A stretch of 55,322 nucleotides of DNA, filler included, from Squatina squatina (taxonomy: Eukaryota), in the NCBI GenBank assembly GCA_031763465.1. It is 3 parts of 3 records of this genome, joined end to end, with 100 filler letters (N's around TTAATTAATTAA, not from the genome) between each part and the next. Parts side by side here need not be neighbours in the genome. Positions count along the whole stretch, not along the records: positions 1 to 17,538 come from JARFOE010000001.1; 2 more parts are not named here. One strand, written 5' to 3'. Both the position numbers and the translations under genes were made by a program. Positions 1 to 13,775 of this stretch are shown piece by piece; position 1 is the stretch's first letter, and the number at the start of each line of letters is the position of its first letter. Under the pieces are notes generated by a model, which was not told the DNA's origin, searched no databases, and saw nothing but the letters and a program-made list of their open reading frames with translations.

Positions 1-3000
1 GCGCTGAGCTCTGAAATTGTACCACTGGTGTCAAAACAGCATTGCATGACGTCACAATCAGTCGACTGTGCACCATCCCCAAGATAATGTCTGACATGAC
101 CTGCACCAGAGGTATGCGCAGCGCTGCGGACGTCATATTGGAACCAAAATGGCACCCATAGTATCCAAACAACGGGCGCTATAGAGCTGAACTTTTCACC
201 TTTTGCATTTTAATTAACGGTGAATAATGATAGATTAGCTACAAAACATCCAACAGCCTTTATTGCCTAGCAAACAGCGGAAATGCTTTCAGGTTAGCCA
301 TGCGCACCTGCCAAATCTGTCTATCCTACTAAATTGGGGATGGTTGTTTGGAGTTATGCTGAAGTAACCTGAACAAATTAGCAGGGCAGAGGCAGCAGAA
401 TCCACACCTGGTCTATGGTGAATTGGCACACGAGTGGGCAAGCAAAGGAATTACAAGACAAGAAATTCTGGTCCCATGTGCAATATTTTAGTACTTCTAA
501 AAATACTGACAGATCTGACAGTATTGTGCAACATAAGTCATAAGATACTTTGTGTTATAATGATTAGGGAACTATACCGTGTAATATACAATGGGCTGGA
601 TCTTGCTGGAAAAATAACATGTTAACGATGCATGCCATTATTAATGTGCAAATCGGCCAGTAAATTCAGGAGAAAAGAGATACGCCATGAGTTACGAATC
701 TTCAGAACTTGCTGGTTGCTTTCACATTTTTTTTTTAAGAACTTGCTGGATTTGCACATTAATTGCCCATTAAATTCACCACAGAAAGGTAACTCTGGTA
801 ATTAACAGTGTAAATAACTATTTAACAATGTGATAATTGTTAATGACTGTCAATCAACCACGCTGGCCCAGAAATTGAACAATTTAAACTGTGGAGTTTC
901 ATTCCTTCAGGTGGTAATTTGTTCTTCGAGATTTTAAAAATGTCTAGGGTGCCCAATTCATAGTTTTATTTAGGCGTTAAAATGACATTAAATGGGCGCA
1001 AAGTGCTTAATGCCAACTTATAGTGTTAAGCATTTTGGCGTGAAATTCATCTACCCATTAATGCCGGCGCTAAACGGGCTTTGGCCACAATTGCGAGTTT
1101 TGGTGCTAGAGAGTCCCGATGAAGTCATCAGTGGATGCAACGCCCAAATAAGACTAATGCCCTGGAATTAAACAAGCCCATAAGGTCTTAACTTTGGCAT
1201 TGTCAATGCCCCATTTTTTGGGCGTTGACACACATATACCATGAACTTTTAGCATTGTAGAAAGCTCTGGAACTGGGCTTCATTGTAACTTTGTCTCCNN
1301 NNNNNNNNNNNNNNNNNNNNNNNNNNNNNNNNNNNNNNNNNNNNNNNNNNNNNNNNNNNNNNNNNNNNNNNNNNNNNNNNNNNNNNNNNNNNNNNNNNTA
1401 ATGCTGCAATTCACATCGGGCCTGGTGTGAAGAATAGTTTGTTGCACTGCAGTGCTAAAAATGGATTATAATATTATTCTAGTTGCCGTGGGAATTGAAT
1501 GTTTGTGCTTCTCTATCAATATTTAAATGGCACCATGCCACACTGCTGTATTTTGTCTAAAGGTGTTGGAGACGTAGCTGAAATCACTGGGTGTTAAAAT
1601 TGTTTTACTGGCCAATTGTGAACTAAATTTGTGCTGGTAAATAGCCAATAAGTGTATCTTATGAGTGGTAGCGAGGCAATACCACCATTCTGTGCTATCA
1701 TTGGCACTGAGTGGGAGCACACTCAGGATATAATAATATTTTAGTAAAAAATTCCAGACACCATTTGAGCCATGGGGTTAATAGGTATCACCTGCCCTTG
1801 ACCAGAAATCAGTGCTGGTACTAATAGGATGAAAGTATCTCACTAAATAGCATTAACATTGATGTACTGGTGCCATTTGATGGCAGCACAGCAGTAGTAA
1901 AAATCTCACAGTACTTTAATACTGTATTAGATATTTAAATGAACGAACCTCATTTTCGAATGACTTAACTTTGCTGAGTCCGAACACAACGTGTTTGTAA
2001 ATGTTCTATAACCAGTAATTATTACAAATGAGTCCCCTTTTCTTTATCAAATATGTGTTAATTACTTCTGGTAGTGTCAGTATAGCCCATTTTTTCAGTA
2101 CAACGTTGTTAGACTTTACTAGTTTATATCACAAGCTAGTTGTTTGAAAGTTTGTACACGCCCATTTCCAATTCAAAGTTAAGATGGCAGATTCTAATCC
2201 AGAGTTCAAAAGAATGTTTGAACCAAAGTTCAAAGTGGTTCACTTCAATAACTGATGAAGGGAAATTGTGAAAGATGTTTGACAGCTTCGCAGATGAGTT
2301 TGTATAATGTGCTGTCTGGATCATTTGAATGCCTGTGAAGTTATCAATCACATTGCTGAGTTATAATCTTGCAATGTAGACCTTGGTTTTAACCCCCACC
2401 CCAACCCTCACCCAGTGAGTATGATGTGTGGGAGAGGTTAAAATTAGGCCAAGTTAACTGAGGTCGCTCGGTTCCTGTCCTGTGTTATTTCTTCTTTGCC
2501 AGCTTTCAAGTTGAATGAGGCTCCCGCTACAAGGTGGTGGGGTGGGGGGGCCTATTTTACATCCAAAAGTCATGGCCCGATGATATCATCACTGCTGTGA
2601 TATCACCTTAACAAAACATCAGGGGGAGTCGCGCACTCTCTGGAGCCCGATAGGTAGTGGATCTGTTGAGTGTGGGGTGGGATTGATTTATGAAAATAAG
2701 GCCCGGCTGTTCAGATCGCAGGCACTCACTCCACGCCCCCGGACTCTCCGCTGCGCCGCCCCCATTGGGGCGCGCGCTCATGTTTNNNNNNNNNNCCCGC
2801 CCTCCCTTTTAAAATCAGGGCCGCAGTGTCTAGATGGACAGAAAATCTATTTGCAAGCATCCCAAAAACAATGTTGCTTGATGATGAGACACTATTCGCT
2901 CCTGGAGGGAAAGATTTCCCAGCAGGTTTAAAAACTGGAATGCTGTTCAGCTTTGCAGTCCACTTGAGTTCCAAGATTGGGCCCAATGAAAGGATTCTAT

Positions 3001-6000
3001 GAAGGGAGGCTTACAGTACATACACAATCATTCAATTCCATTCAACTCCAAGACGCAAGAGCATGCCCAATTTGGATAGAATTTGCGAATCTGAAGATAG
3101 TCAAATAATATTATTAAGTTAAGGCTAATTATCTCATTATAGTATTGTGGATTGTAATACCCAAAACTGTAAACTAAAGGGTAGAAGTTCCACTTGGTGT
3201 AGTTATTGTTGTGTGCATCATTAGCCTGTTTATTTTAAATGGTTTAATGCATGTGTAATAGTACACACAGGAACACTTGAGGAATTTATATATAATCTTC
3301 ACTAATCTGGCATGTGACCTGCTCGTCAGCACTTTGTGCACTAATTCACACCACTGGGTGACTGACAGCTCTGATTTAAGTGGCTTTTGGAATGTAAGTA
3401 CAAGGGAATTCACCCATTCGGGTGGGAAGATTTTTGTGGGGCCATGGCATTTCTCCTGAACATCCCTGCTGGCCCCACAAAAATTGTTTTTTTTGAAAAA
3501 GCGTTGCTGGATCATTTTCCAAGCATTCTCCACCGGTCCCTTTAAGACTTGACACACCACCCTCCTAGTCTGACAATCTTTGGCCGGAATGTTTGGCCTC
3601 TCCTGTAGATGGGTGTCTTAAATGCGCCTTCCATTGGCAAGTAAGTCAGAGAACCTGCCCCTGACCTGGACAATCTATTGCGGTTATCGGTGGAGGCTTT
3701 TGGTGGGCATATCTTATTACTTATACCAAGAAGTGCCCAATCGCAGATTTTCAATCTGATGTTTTTAACCCTTTGCAGGCCAACTCAAGTGTTGACTGGA
3801 TGATCTAACGTTATCTGTGACTGCCCTTTGGACAAACTGCCTTGTATAGCCTGGTCTACCTTGGGTAAAACCTCCTGAGTGCCTCTGAAACCTGCTGTCT
3901 CTGTGCGAACAAAAGACATTTATTANNNNNNNNNNNNNNNNNNNNNNNNNNNNNNNNNNNNNNNNNNNNNNNNNNNNNNNNNNNNNNNNNNNNNNNNNNN
4001 NNNNNNNNNNNNNNNNNNNNNNNNNGTGTACTTAGTGCATTTTCTATTTTTATCTCCCAATCAGGTTGTTACATGGGACCTGTAGTTGCACTCTTGGGCA
4101 CTAAGCATCAAAAAAAAGCTTCATTTGATGGTAATACTGAACCCACTTTAATCCAAACCTATTGATGTGTCAAAGCATGTCAGTAACTTGTATTTAAGGA
4201 GCGTGAAGATGCTTAATTGGCCTACTATTAAGTGACTGACACAGGCTTGAATGTCCAGTAAAATCGAGCTGCTATCCCTCTTGAACTGAAGAAATGAGAT
4301 TATAATGAAATGGTAATGGTGTTGAAATGAACCTGCTTTTAGAATTCTCCACAGGTAAGCTTTGGAAATAAGCTAAATTTAAAAGAGACTTGCTGGCATT
4401 TACATATTGCACAGTTGGTGGGAATGAACAATCTCCAGAGAAAGAAAATAAATGAAATAAAATGACCTGATATCAAGAATAGGTTGAAAAGTGTCAGACT
4501 TAAGAAACTTAGTTATACAAGCTCTCCCCCCTCAGAGAAACAAAAACCTGTCACATTTTGAGATACATCAAGACTTCTGCAGTTACCTGCAGAGCAAAAT
4601 ATTACCAAATGTTAGAAGGTGTCGTAGACAGTGCTATCAAGTGACACTTGCTCACCAATAACCTGCGCACCGATGCCCAGGGTAGGTTCCACAAGGACCA
4701 CTCAGCCCCCGACCTCATTACAGCCTNNNNNNNNNNNNNNNNNNNNNNNNNNNNNNNNNNNNNNNNNNNNNNNNNNNNNNNNNNNNNNNNNNNNNNNNNN
4801 NNNNNNNNNNNNNNNNNNNNNNNNNNTTAAAAACCATCGCTCGAGCAACTGGCCCTGCCCACAAAGCTGGCCATGTCAACAGATCGAACTAATCACGTGT
4901 GAATTTCTGCTATTGGCGCCCATTTGTGGGCCTTCAAGGAGATTTGTAAAATTAAGATTTTCTTTTACACGCAAGGACACTAATTTTTAAAAGCTTCTGA
5001 ATATAATTTTTTTTAATGTACTAAGAAACTGACTACTGTACACCAATATAATTAGCAAATGGTTCTGTATACACTGTGACCCCGCTGTAGCATGGCTCAA
5101 TATAGCGCGGAACTCGTTTTAAGGACCCACGTTAAATCGGCACTTTAAAACGACCCCACTATAATGTGGTTTTATCTATAACATAGTCTGGCGATATCTA
5201 GTTTTGTAAAGTCATTTTCAGTTATTTAAAATCAGGTTACTCACAGGTGGTGGACTAGTTTGAGCAGAAACGTAAGGAAAAAAAACTTCTCAAAACTGAG
5301 TAACTTTTGACACAATTTACAGCAGGATCACCAGGACAATTGTGGGGTTTTTGCTGTTGTTAAATTTTTGTATTATTCATTGTTTTTGTTGTCAAATTCA
5401 TGCAAGTAAACTGCAAAAATATGTTTCCTGTCACATATGGTCTCCTCACCCTTCACACTGTTCAGATTTTCACAGCTCCTGATCTTAGTAACAGGTTTCA
5501 GGAATGATTTAAGGACTTGGCATCCTGAGCAGCGAGAGGAGCTTTTTTTTAAAAAAACAAACAAACCTGCAGTTTAGACCTCTCACACACCTAAAGCCGT
5601 GAATGTTATCTCAGTATCTTCTTGCTTCCAAATCCGGAAAGGTCTACCAAGAAAAAAAACCCTGGAATCTATTTGATCAGAACCATTACACTGGACCTCA
5701 TTCAGGGTATCTTTGTAGGATATTAACAAGGAAAGCAAAAAGGCAAAATGAATTCACTCAACCAACACTTTTTTAAAATTGCAGCTTCAAGAGTTTATAT
5801 TCAGAATATATATTTTGTGGAACTGTGACATATTTTGATTAAGTGCATGCTTGAATAGACATTCTTTCATCTTTAGTCTCCAACCTCTCTCCATTACAGT
5901 GGTGTTTATACCACAAATAATGTGGACATTTATAATTTGACTTTTGTTCTTTCTGCTTGGAAATTAGCCTGTGTTTGCCCTGTACCTAAGAAAAGTTTAT

Positions 6001-6089
6001 CCTTTCTAACGACAGTGAGACCTATAAGTTACGGGCACCTTAGAGACTGGGACCAGCTGGCTTTTATTTTTGCAAGAGTCCTAATTTTC

Positions 6090-6624
6090 AATGGGTCCAA
6101 AATTCATAAGTACCCCATATGGGGCGGGAACCGGCACTTCTCGCGCCGGCTCCCTTCCCGCTCTGCCCGCCACAGAGTTAGTTGTTTCGGGATGGGAGCG
6201 AGCTGCAGCGGTGTTGGCCTCGCTGGCGGGCGTAAATGGGGCGGCCGGCCTGGAATGTCGCTGGCATAGCTTCAGCGCCACGCCAGCGATGTCAGTTGCG
6301 CCGTGTCAGCGCGCTGTGTGCTGACGTCATGAGCACTGCCAGGGCTCCCTTAAAGGGGAGGGCCGCTGGCCATCCTGATGCCACCAGGGCCAGCCTGGCT
6401 CTCCAGTCGGCGTGCCAGGCGAGGAGATGGTGGCCCGAAATTAAGATGGCGACCGCAGGCGCACAGGCCCTCCCCTTTAAAAGGGCCTGTGCAGTGATAG
6501 GTTTCGCTGTCGCTGCAACCACCTGGCGTGGTGGCCGCGGGTGAATTTCGCCCGCGGAACGCAAATGGGCCGCAAAGGGGGTTGTGGCTGCGCAGTGTGG
6601 GTCAGCGCGCATCTTTATGATGTC
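6090..6624. repeat. GC/CpG-rich MITE-like repeat fragment
   Basis: Abrupt switch from AT-rich to GC-rich at aatgggtccaaaattc (same start as 30805); internal inverted motifs ccttaaaggggaggg / ccctcccctttaaaagg; runs into a gap. Confidence 0.55.
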
Positions 6625-8304
6625 NNNNNNNNNNNNNNNNNNNNNNNNNNNNNNNNNNNNNNNNNNNNNNNNNNNNNNNNNNNNNNNNNNNNNNNNNNNN
6701 NNNNNNNNNNNNNNNNNNNNNNNNTATTAAAATCCGGCATTGGCCATTCCCTGTCAGTGAAACATATAGTTGGCAGACTATTTTTCACATAATGACCAAT
6801 AATTAGTTTTTCATGTTAAAAAAATAACATTCTTTGCATTGAATGTTTTTTTTTGAAACCACCCTGTTTTGTTAGATATTGGGAAATTTCCAGTCCCGTC
6901 TGCTAGGCTGTTGTAAGAGAGCAAAGCGAGAATTCAGCGTCCGCCTGGCATATAAATTGCAGATGGCCTGTTGTGGTAATGATTTTATAGTCTTGTAAGG
7001 TGTATAGTATAATTTTACACCCCATCAATATGACAAGCTGGAATGTTCATATTTATTCAAAGCAGACTGTTAGCTCACAGGCTGCTATGGAAATTCAGCA
7101 ATCAAAGTCTTAGCAGCACAGATAGAAATGAAAGTGCAGACCTGAGCTGCATTGAATATTTGCACTCTGGTATTTATACTTGGGCCACTTCTCTCAAACT
7201 GTCGCCATGGTGCTCAAACACACAGTGTGTAGATACCAGAGTGTGAATAACTCTGAATGTGGGTTATGTGCTTTTTAAAAATTTTAATTGAGCTCCAGCC
7301 CTTTTTTTGCCACACCTCTAGATCGCTGAAGCAAAATTGAATTCATGTCACTACAGTCAGTGCTGTGAATTCTCCATTGATTAGCTCTGCATGATGCCAC
7401 TTTCGCCCGGGCAGCTTTCACAGTGATGGAAGATGGTGGTGCTTCTTCCAACAGCAATTTCCCTTTTACTGCTATCACCGTGACATCTGTAACTCCCCTT
7501 TTATGTGCCAAAACCTTCAAGTCATTTATGAAGTAGGTTCACAATATATCCTTGAATGTGCCAGCGGCAGCTTCATGTCACCTCTGAGTTGATAGATGGT
7601 GAAAATGAAGCAGCAGACAGCATTTCTGTGTTACATTTTCTCCAGTGAAATGCATCAAAAATTAGAAGGGTAACCAGAAGTTCAAATGAAGCTAATAGCT
7701 TGGTAGTAGATGAGAAATAGACTGACACCCTTTTGAGGCCAGGATTAAGACGGGAATGCTAAAAGCATAATGCTAGTCGATGGCAGTTCTAATTTACTAG
7801 TTATGTCTANNNNNNNNNNNNNNNNNNNNNNNNNNNNNNNNNNNNNNNNNNNNNNNNNNNNNNNNNNNNNNNNNNNNNNNNNNNNNNNNNNNNNNNNNNN
7901 NNNNNNNNNGGAAACCCAGCACTGATGGCTGACTTTTCCCCCAGTGCTCCAACAGAGCACCCAACAGGCGCAGTGTACATGCAGACATCATTATAGTGTT
8001 TCAGTTCTCAGTTTTACTACTTCAGAGGAGTTCCACATTAAGAGTACCAGTCCCCATTTAAATAATTGAATATTGTTGATTATTAAAAAAAAATCATTAT
8101 CTGACTTTCCAGAAGCTAAAATTAATTTTTAACTGTAATTTCTCTTGGGTTTTGTTTTGAAATTAATTATCTGTATGTGGAATTACTTTGAAGCTGTAAA
8201 ACTAAAAATTAAAACCTCATCATAGCTGTATATGCATGAAATGAAGAGCTATCAAAATTAGCAACCGGAATTATTTTCTTGGTTGTACGTGGCCAAGGCA
8301 TATG

Positions 8305-8509
8305 ACATAAGAACATAAGAAATAGGAGCAGGAGTAGGCCATTTGCCCCCTCGAGCCTGCTCCGCCATTTAATGAGATTATGGCTGATCTGATTCTGACC
8401 TTACCTCCACTTTCCTGCCTGATCCTCATAACCCCTAACTCCCCTGTTGCTCAAAAATCTGTCCATCTCAGCCTTGAATATAATCAATGACTCAGCTTCC
8501 ACAGCTCTC
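8305..8509 (-). mobile_element. CR1/HER1-like LINE 3' end
   Basis: cataagaacataagaaataggagcaggagtaggccatt is the reverse complement of the tail at 52350-52398; RAVEA.SL.IFK.E.D.FL. Confidence 0.85.
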
Positions 8510-8609
8510 NNNNNNNNNNNNNNNNNNNNNNNNNNNNNNNNNNNNNNNNNNNNNNNNNNNNNNNNNNNNNNNNNNNNNNNNNNNNNNNNNNNNNNNNNNN
8601 NNNNNNNNN

Positions 8610-8690
8610 CATGGATTAAATCTCTGGAGTGGGACTTGAATCCATAACCTTCTGACTGATGGGCAAGGGTTCTACTGCTGAGCCATAGCT
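8610..8690 (-). mobile_element. tRNA-derived SINE head
   Basis: Minus strand tggctcagcagtagaacc...tcagaaggttatggattcaagtcccactccagaga, with box A-like and box B-like motifs but no intact cloverleaf. Confidence 0.65.
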
Positions 8691-10408
8691 TGAAAAGTAG
8701 GCATGGTGGGTGCATCAAATCCTTTGGACTGCAGCCATCACTAATAAGGGATATGTGTACAGTTTAATAGTTTTCTTCATTTTTGTTGTGAAATTATTGT
8801 GAGAGGCTCCCCTTGATGGGCTTTTGAGTAAATTAATTCTGTTATGTGGCCCTGAGCCACCGTGAAACCAGGAAAGGCCCACGTTTGGGCTCTGCCCAAT
8901 ACTGAGCCAGTGGAAAGGATGCTGGGAACACAGCAGTTTACTTCAGGAAAGTTCTAGTTAGACAAGGTTATAAAAAAAAATCCAGCTGTTCCAACTCTTG
9001 GTCATCATCCACTGATCCATGCTGAAAAAATGGGTCTGTATTGGCATTGAAAAATAACAAATTTGCCCTTGTTTGTGATGTCCGCTACCTCCCTATCACC
9101 TGCCAACAGCTCCCACTCTTTGAGGCAGAATGCCAATCTCATGAAGAACAGCCACCAGTGTGAGATACTGCAGGGCTGGCTACATCAGCATTCCTTTCAG
9201 GAAAAAAAGGGAAAGATGCTTGGAAAAAGGAAATGCCACTGAGTATGTTCAGGAATGTTACATAATTTTGGTGGTCTATGCAAACCACTTGAGAATGATT
9301 CTCAGGGTTTGTAATGTTATTGGATCCCTTTCTATTTCTTCATACCCTGTCAGATACCCAGACATTACTTTCCGTGTAACCATATGTTTTAGCATTAATT
9401 CCACGTCAGTTTAGCAGTCTTCAGTTGATTCTAAGTACTTCCCCATCCCAAATATCAATCCATGCGCAAAACATACCACAGCTATGGCTTGGTTTCCAGC
9501 ACATTGGAATTCTAATTCTACATTTCACATTCTGGATCCTAATCAGCAGAATTGCAATTAACTAGAAATTAGATTTGTGCAATTTAACCGGAGGAGATTA
9601 ATTTAAAATCACTATTTCGCCCTAAATTAAATAGTTATTTTTTTGAAAGTTTAAATGCACTTAAACGGTGGTGTGGTGTCCTGCATGTTTTTATAGATGT
9701 GTGTTCACAATGGGGTTGGATGTAACTGATTTCAACATCCAAATCTGTTGTCAGTGATTATATCTGCGTTGCTCAATAAAAAGTGATAAGAATGGTGAGC
9801 TATGCTTTTGCAAAGAGATATCGCTCATTTTTTAAAAAAAGTCATAAAAACTTTGCAGCAGTAAAAGAGTAACGACTCAACAATTATCCAAACCTAAACA
9901 AGACCAGGTTAAACCATAAACAGCTGGAAACAGTCAAGGGACATATTCAGCCAATCGTCAAAATGTCCTCAGGATCAATATACAGCATGCTTGGAGAATA
10001 AAGAATACCACAAAACACAGCAGGTGTGAGAAAGGTTTTGGAAACCTAGGGAAGGATCTCAAAAGATGAACAAAATGGGGAAAATAAAGTACCAAGGAAA
10101 AGGAATCACAACCAAAAACCTCGACTGCTTGGAGGGAGGGCCGGATAGGGCAGATCAGGGCAAGGTAAGGCCAAAAGGCAAACAGAGAAACTAAAGGACG
10201 GGAAGCCTGCAGAAGTGAAGCAACAAACAAAAGGATATCAACACCCCTTCCAAGGGACTTGCATCAAGAAAGAAAGAATGTAGGAAACGTGGCAGCCTAT
10301 TTGCGCACNNNNNNNNNNNNNNNNNNNNNNNNNNNNNNNNNNNNNNNNNNNNNNNNNNNNNNNNNNNNNNNNNNNNNNNNNNNNNNNNNNNNNNNNNNNN
10401 NNNNNNNN

Positions 10409-10672
10409 GCCAGTGTTTTTGCCCGGAGCTGCTGCAGGGGACGGAAGCGAATTTCAGGGCTGGGGTGCTAACAGGGCGATGCGTGTGGCGATGACCTCAC
10501 GATCTCGGGGCGCAGGAAATCGGGGCGCAAAGGCGTAGCACTGCCGCTAAACCCCCGCACAATACGGTGGGGGTCGTTGCCAGCGTTGTGCTCGGGCTGT
10601 AAGGTATTAGCGCCCCGTTTGCACCCCCGGGGGCACTAACGGGAGATGCAAGTGCACTAAAATTCTAGCCCC
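10409..10672. repeat. Right end of a GC-rich MITE-like element; related left end at 30805-30913
   Basis: Reverse complement ggggctagaatt...cccgttagtgcccccgggggtgcaaacggggcg aligns with tgggtccgaaat...cctgttagcacctccggggggcgctaacagggcg. Confidence 0.6.
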
Positions 10673-11518
10673 AAGAATATTGAAGTATAAATCTTTGAAA
10701 ACACTGTAGTCTGTCAGAATCATTTTTAACAATTGTGAAAGAATCACTTTTGAAGTGTTATGATGCCAGCACTGCCTATATTGAAATGGAATGCAATAAA
10801 ACTAAAATTTGTTCAAAGTCAATTCATCAGAGCAAGGGCTTTTGAATTTTATATTTATTGCACTTTCCTTTTTGATGAGAAGGTGAGTAAGCTTCCACAT
10901 TTTATCAGGCAGTGTCTCCTTTTATTAGCAGAATTATCTGAGACTAAGGCTACCTTTCTTCAAACTTATCTCAGTTTCCCACATTACAACAGTGGCTACA
11001 CTTCGAAAGTACTTCATTAGCTGTAAAGCGCTTTGCGATAGTCTCAGGTCGTGAAAAACGCTGTATAAATGCAAATCTTTCTTTTCCTTTCTCTTCATAT
11101 ATCTATATTACTCTTTTTCTACACCACTTCCTTTTATTAGGGACATAACCCATTTCTAACTAATTAAAACATCTGACAACAGTGTGATTTATATCATAAA
11201 TGGGCTCTCTTTTAATTCTGCAAATGCATTAGAAACTGGTCATTTTATTTCCTCTTTGTTTGGCTTACTCCATATCTTTGGCTCTGTCTATGAATGTCTT
11301 TCTGTTCCAATGCCATTAATAAAAGGTTCACAGCTAGTAGTGTTCTCTGTCCTTGCTGTGCACCCTGCAGCTATTTGCTGAGACTGTAGTTGCTTATCTC
11401 CCCATTGACATTTTTTGCTGGCAGCCTGTGTTTTGCTCAAGTAACTTACTGTGCCTCCAGCAAACAAGACATTCCCTCTCCCTATCCCTTTGAATCAGTC
11501 AGTTCTCATATACAATAA

Positions 11519-11585
11519 TAAAAGCAGAAAATGCTGGAAATACTCAGCAGGTCAGGCAGCATCTGTGGAGAGAGAAACAGAGTTA
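11519..11585 (+). repeat. Dispersed repeat, possibly a Penelope-like terminus; other copies at 35313-35407 (+), 11977-12017 (-), ~13860-13955 (-)
   Basis: cagaaaatg(c/t)tggaaatactcagcaggtcaggcagcatctgtggagagagaaa is shared with one mismatch between 11525 and 35355. Confidence 0.8.
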
Positions 11586-13122
11586 GGTTGCCCAATTAGA
11601 CCTCCCTGCGTTACTGGCACTAATGGAGGAATTGTTGAGTGCAAAGTTCCAGTTTCGGCGCTGTCCCTTAAAGCCCTGCAATGTGGGACATAGAAAAAAA
11701 AATTCTGGCAGCTTTAAAAAACATCCTAATTTCAGCGCTAAAGGGCTCCTAGTTAGTGCTGATTATCTTAGTTTCTTTCAGCAGGCCAATTGTGCAACGG
11801 ATCTAAGGAGCTGCTATCAAGTGTCAGGCCACCTCAGCCCTTAAAGGGGATCATTCTGGAGACACAAGCACTGCTTNNNNNNNNNNNNNNNNNNNNNNNN
11901 NNNNNNNNNNNNNNNNNNNNNNNNNNNNNNNNNNNNNNNNNNNNNNNNNNNNNNNNNNNNNNNNNNNNNNNNNNNNTAGATGCTGCCTGACCTGTTGAGT
12001 TTTTCCAGCATTTTCTGTGGCTACCGAAATGCAAGTTCTTTCTCTTTCTTTCTTTAAGGTTTTTGTTTCCCCAATATAATAAAAATAAATTTGTCCCGTG
12101 TAGTTACTGGCTTTCACTGCCATATATTCAGGGTTGTTCTTGAATTGTCAGCTTTTATGGGCTTGTGTTAGCTTTTATGAAGCTGTTAGTCAGCTTTTGT
12201 TAGTATTCTAGGTTGGCTTGTATGTTTAAGAGCCCTCGCCACTCTCATCTAGGAATGGGAGTGGGACCTGTTTTGCATACCACAATATTGAATTACTGAG
12301 ACAGATTTCCAATTTTACCTCATCCAAATATGGACATTAAACAGCTCTGTCTGGGCCTCAGTGACAGAGCCTGGATTGGTGATGCTCCAAATTCGCTTTC
12401 TTTTTTGGCTGGTGAATTGGCTGATGGAGTGAAACTGGCTTCATGTGTACCATTAATCAAAAACTTGGTTCACTGCGTTTTTGCTAAATGATCACAATCT
12501 AAACCATTTGAGGTGAAATCCAGGTATTGTACACTGGCAGAATTGCTTGCTGCTGCTTCCTGCGAATTTCTCAGCAGTAATACATGCTAATGTAGAAAGC
12601 CCATATGGTACATGCCAAAACAAGTTTAGTTTCGAGACTAGAAGCACCAGGCCCCACAAAGACGTTGGGCCACTGCCACTCCAGGCCCCCTTGGTCCTCA
12701 GAAATTGGAGTTGTGGGGTGGGGAAGGGCAGCGATCGCAGCTTGGAAGGGGTGGTGGGAGACAGACAACAGCTGGTTGGAGAGTGGCCGGCGATCAGGAG
12801 GGGAAGGCCCAAGGCTTCCTTGAGGGTCTTTGGGGAAGCACTCCTGCTCATCCTGGCTGACAAGGAGTGCTTCAAAAGGCACTTACCTTATGGAGCAGTC
12901 AACTCCCGCCTCCCTCTTACTGCTGGGTTTTCTACCCTGGGCAGCTGCGGTTAATTTTAAATCAGGCTCCCGATTGCACTGTGGGAGCTCGATTTAAATA
13001 TGTCAATGAAGTGTCCCGCCTCTCCACGACCGGACACTTGGACACCACGTAACCTGCCACTGTAGAAACAGCAATAGGTACGTGCATGGTGGTCGCGTTT
13101 CGCGCATTTGGCAGTTAACTCG

Positions 13123-13366
13123 GGTGACCAGACATCCCCGTCTTGCTGGGACAACCCCAGTTTTTCAGGACACAGTCCGGTGTCTCGACACTTACCTTCA
13201 AATTGTTCAAAAGTTCCGGTTTCTAGGCGCGAGAGACAGAGTCCTGACTGCACATGTGCAGTTGCTACGGGAGCTGTGACTGCGCATGCACAGTCTCGAC
13301 GAAAACAGTGACTGCGCATGCGCAGACTGATTTGTCCCGGTTTGGGACTCTTCAGATCTGGTCACC
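13123..13366. mobile_element. 244-bp non-autonomous hAT-type DNA transposon (MITE)
   Basis: Perfect TIRs GGTGACCAGA (13123-13132) / TCTGGTCACC (13357-13366), flanked by 8-bp direct repeat TTAACTCG (13115-13122 and 13367-13374). Confidence 0.8.
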
Positions 13367-13568
13367 TTAACTCGGTCAGTGTGAAAATTCACACTGCCGT
13401 TCAGGCCCCTTCCTGTCTCTTGTGTGAGTGGTGGTGGTTCTGATTTCCTGTTTGGCTTGCCTTCAATCNNNNNNNNNNNNNNNNNNNNNNNNNNNNNNNN
13501 NNNNNNNNNNNNNNNNNNNNNNNNNNNNNNNNNNNNNNNNNNNNNNNNNNNNNNNNNNNNNNNNNNNN

Positions 13569-13775
13569 CCCAGAGAGTGTTGAGAATGTGGAACTCGCTA
13601 CCACATGCATTTAAGGGGAAGTTAGATAAACACAAAACGGAGAAAGGAAGAGAAGGTTAGATAGACGGGCTTAGATGAAGAAGGGTGAGAGGAGGCTTGT
13701 GTGGAGCATAAACATCGGCATGGACGAGTAGGGCCAAATGGCTTGTTTCTCTGCTGTAAATTCTGAGTCTATGTA
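13569..13775 (+). mobile_element. CR1-clade LINE 3' end
   Basis: QRVLRMWNSLP...FKGKLDKH, then gggccaaatggcttgtttctctgctgtaaattct tail. Confidence 0.7.

Noticed and set aside
5922-6624. Overlapping ORFs or a CpG-island promoter
   Set aside because: ORFs arise from GC richness, with no recognisable protein; ends and motifs are shared with other repeat-like segments.
8610-8690. tRNA gene
   Set aside because: Only degenerate A/B boxes with no complete stems; consistent with a SINE head.
12492-12954. Overlapping 100-135 aa ORFs on both strands
   Set aside because: No recognisable domain or splice structure; GC-rich repeat-like sequence.
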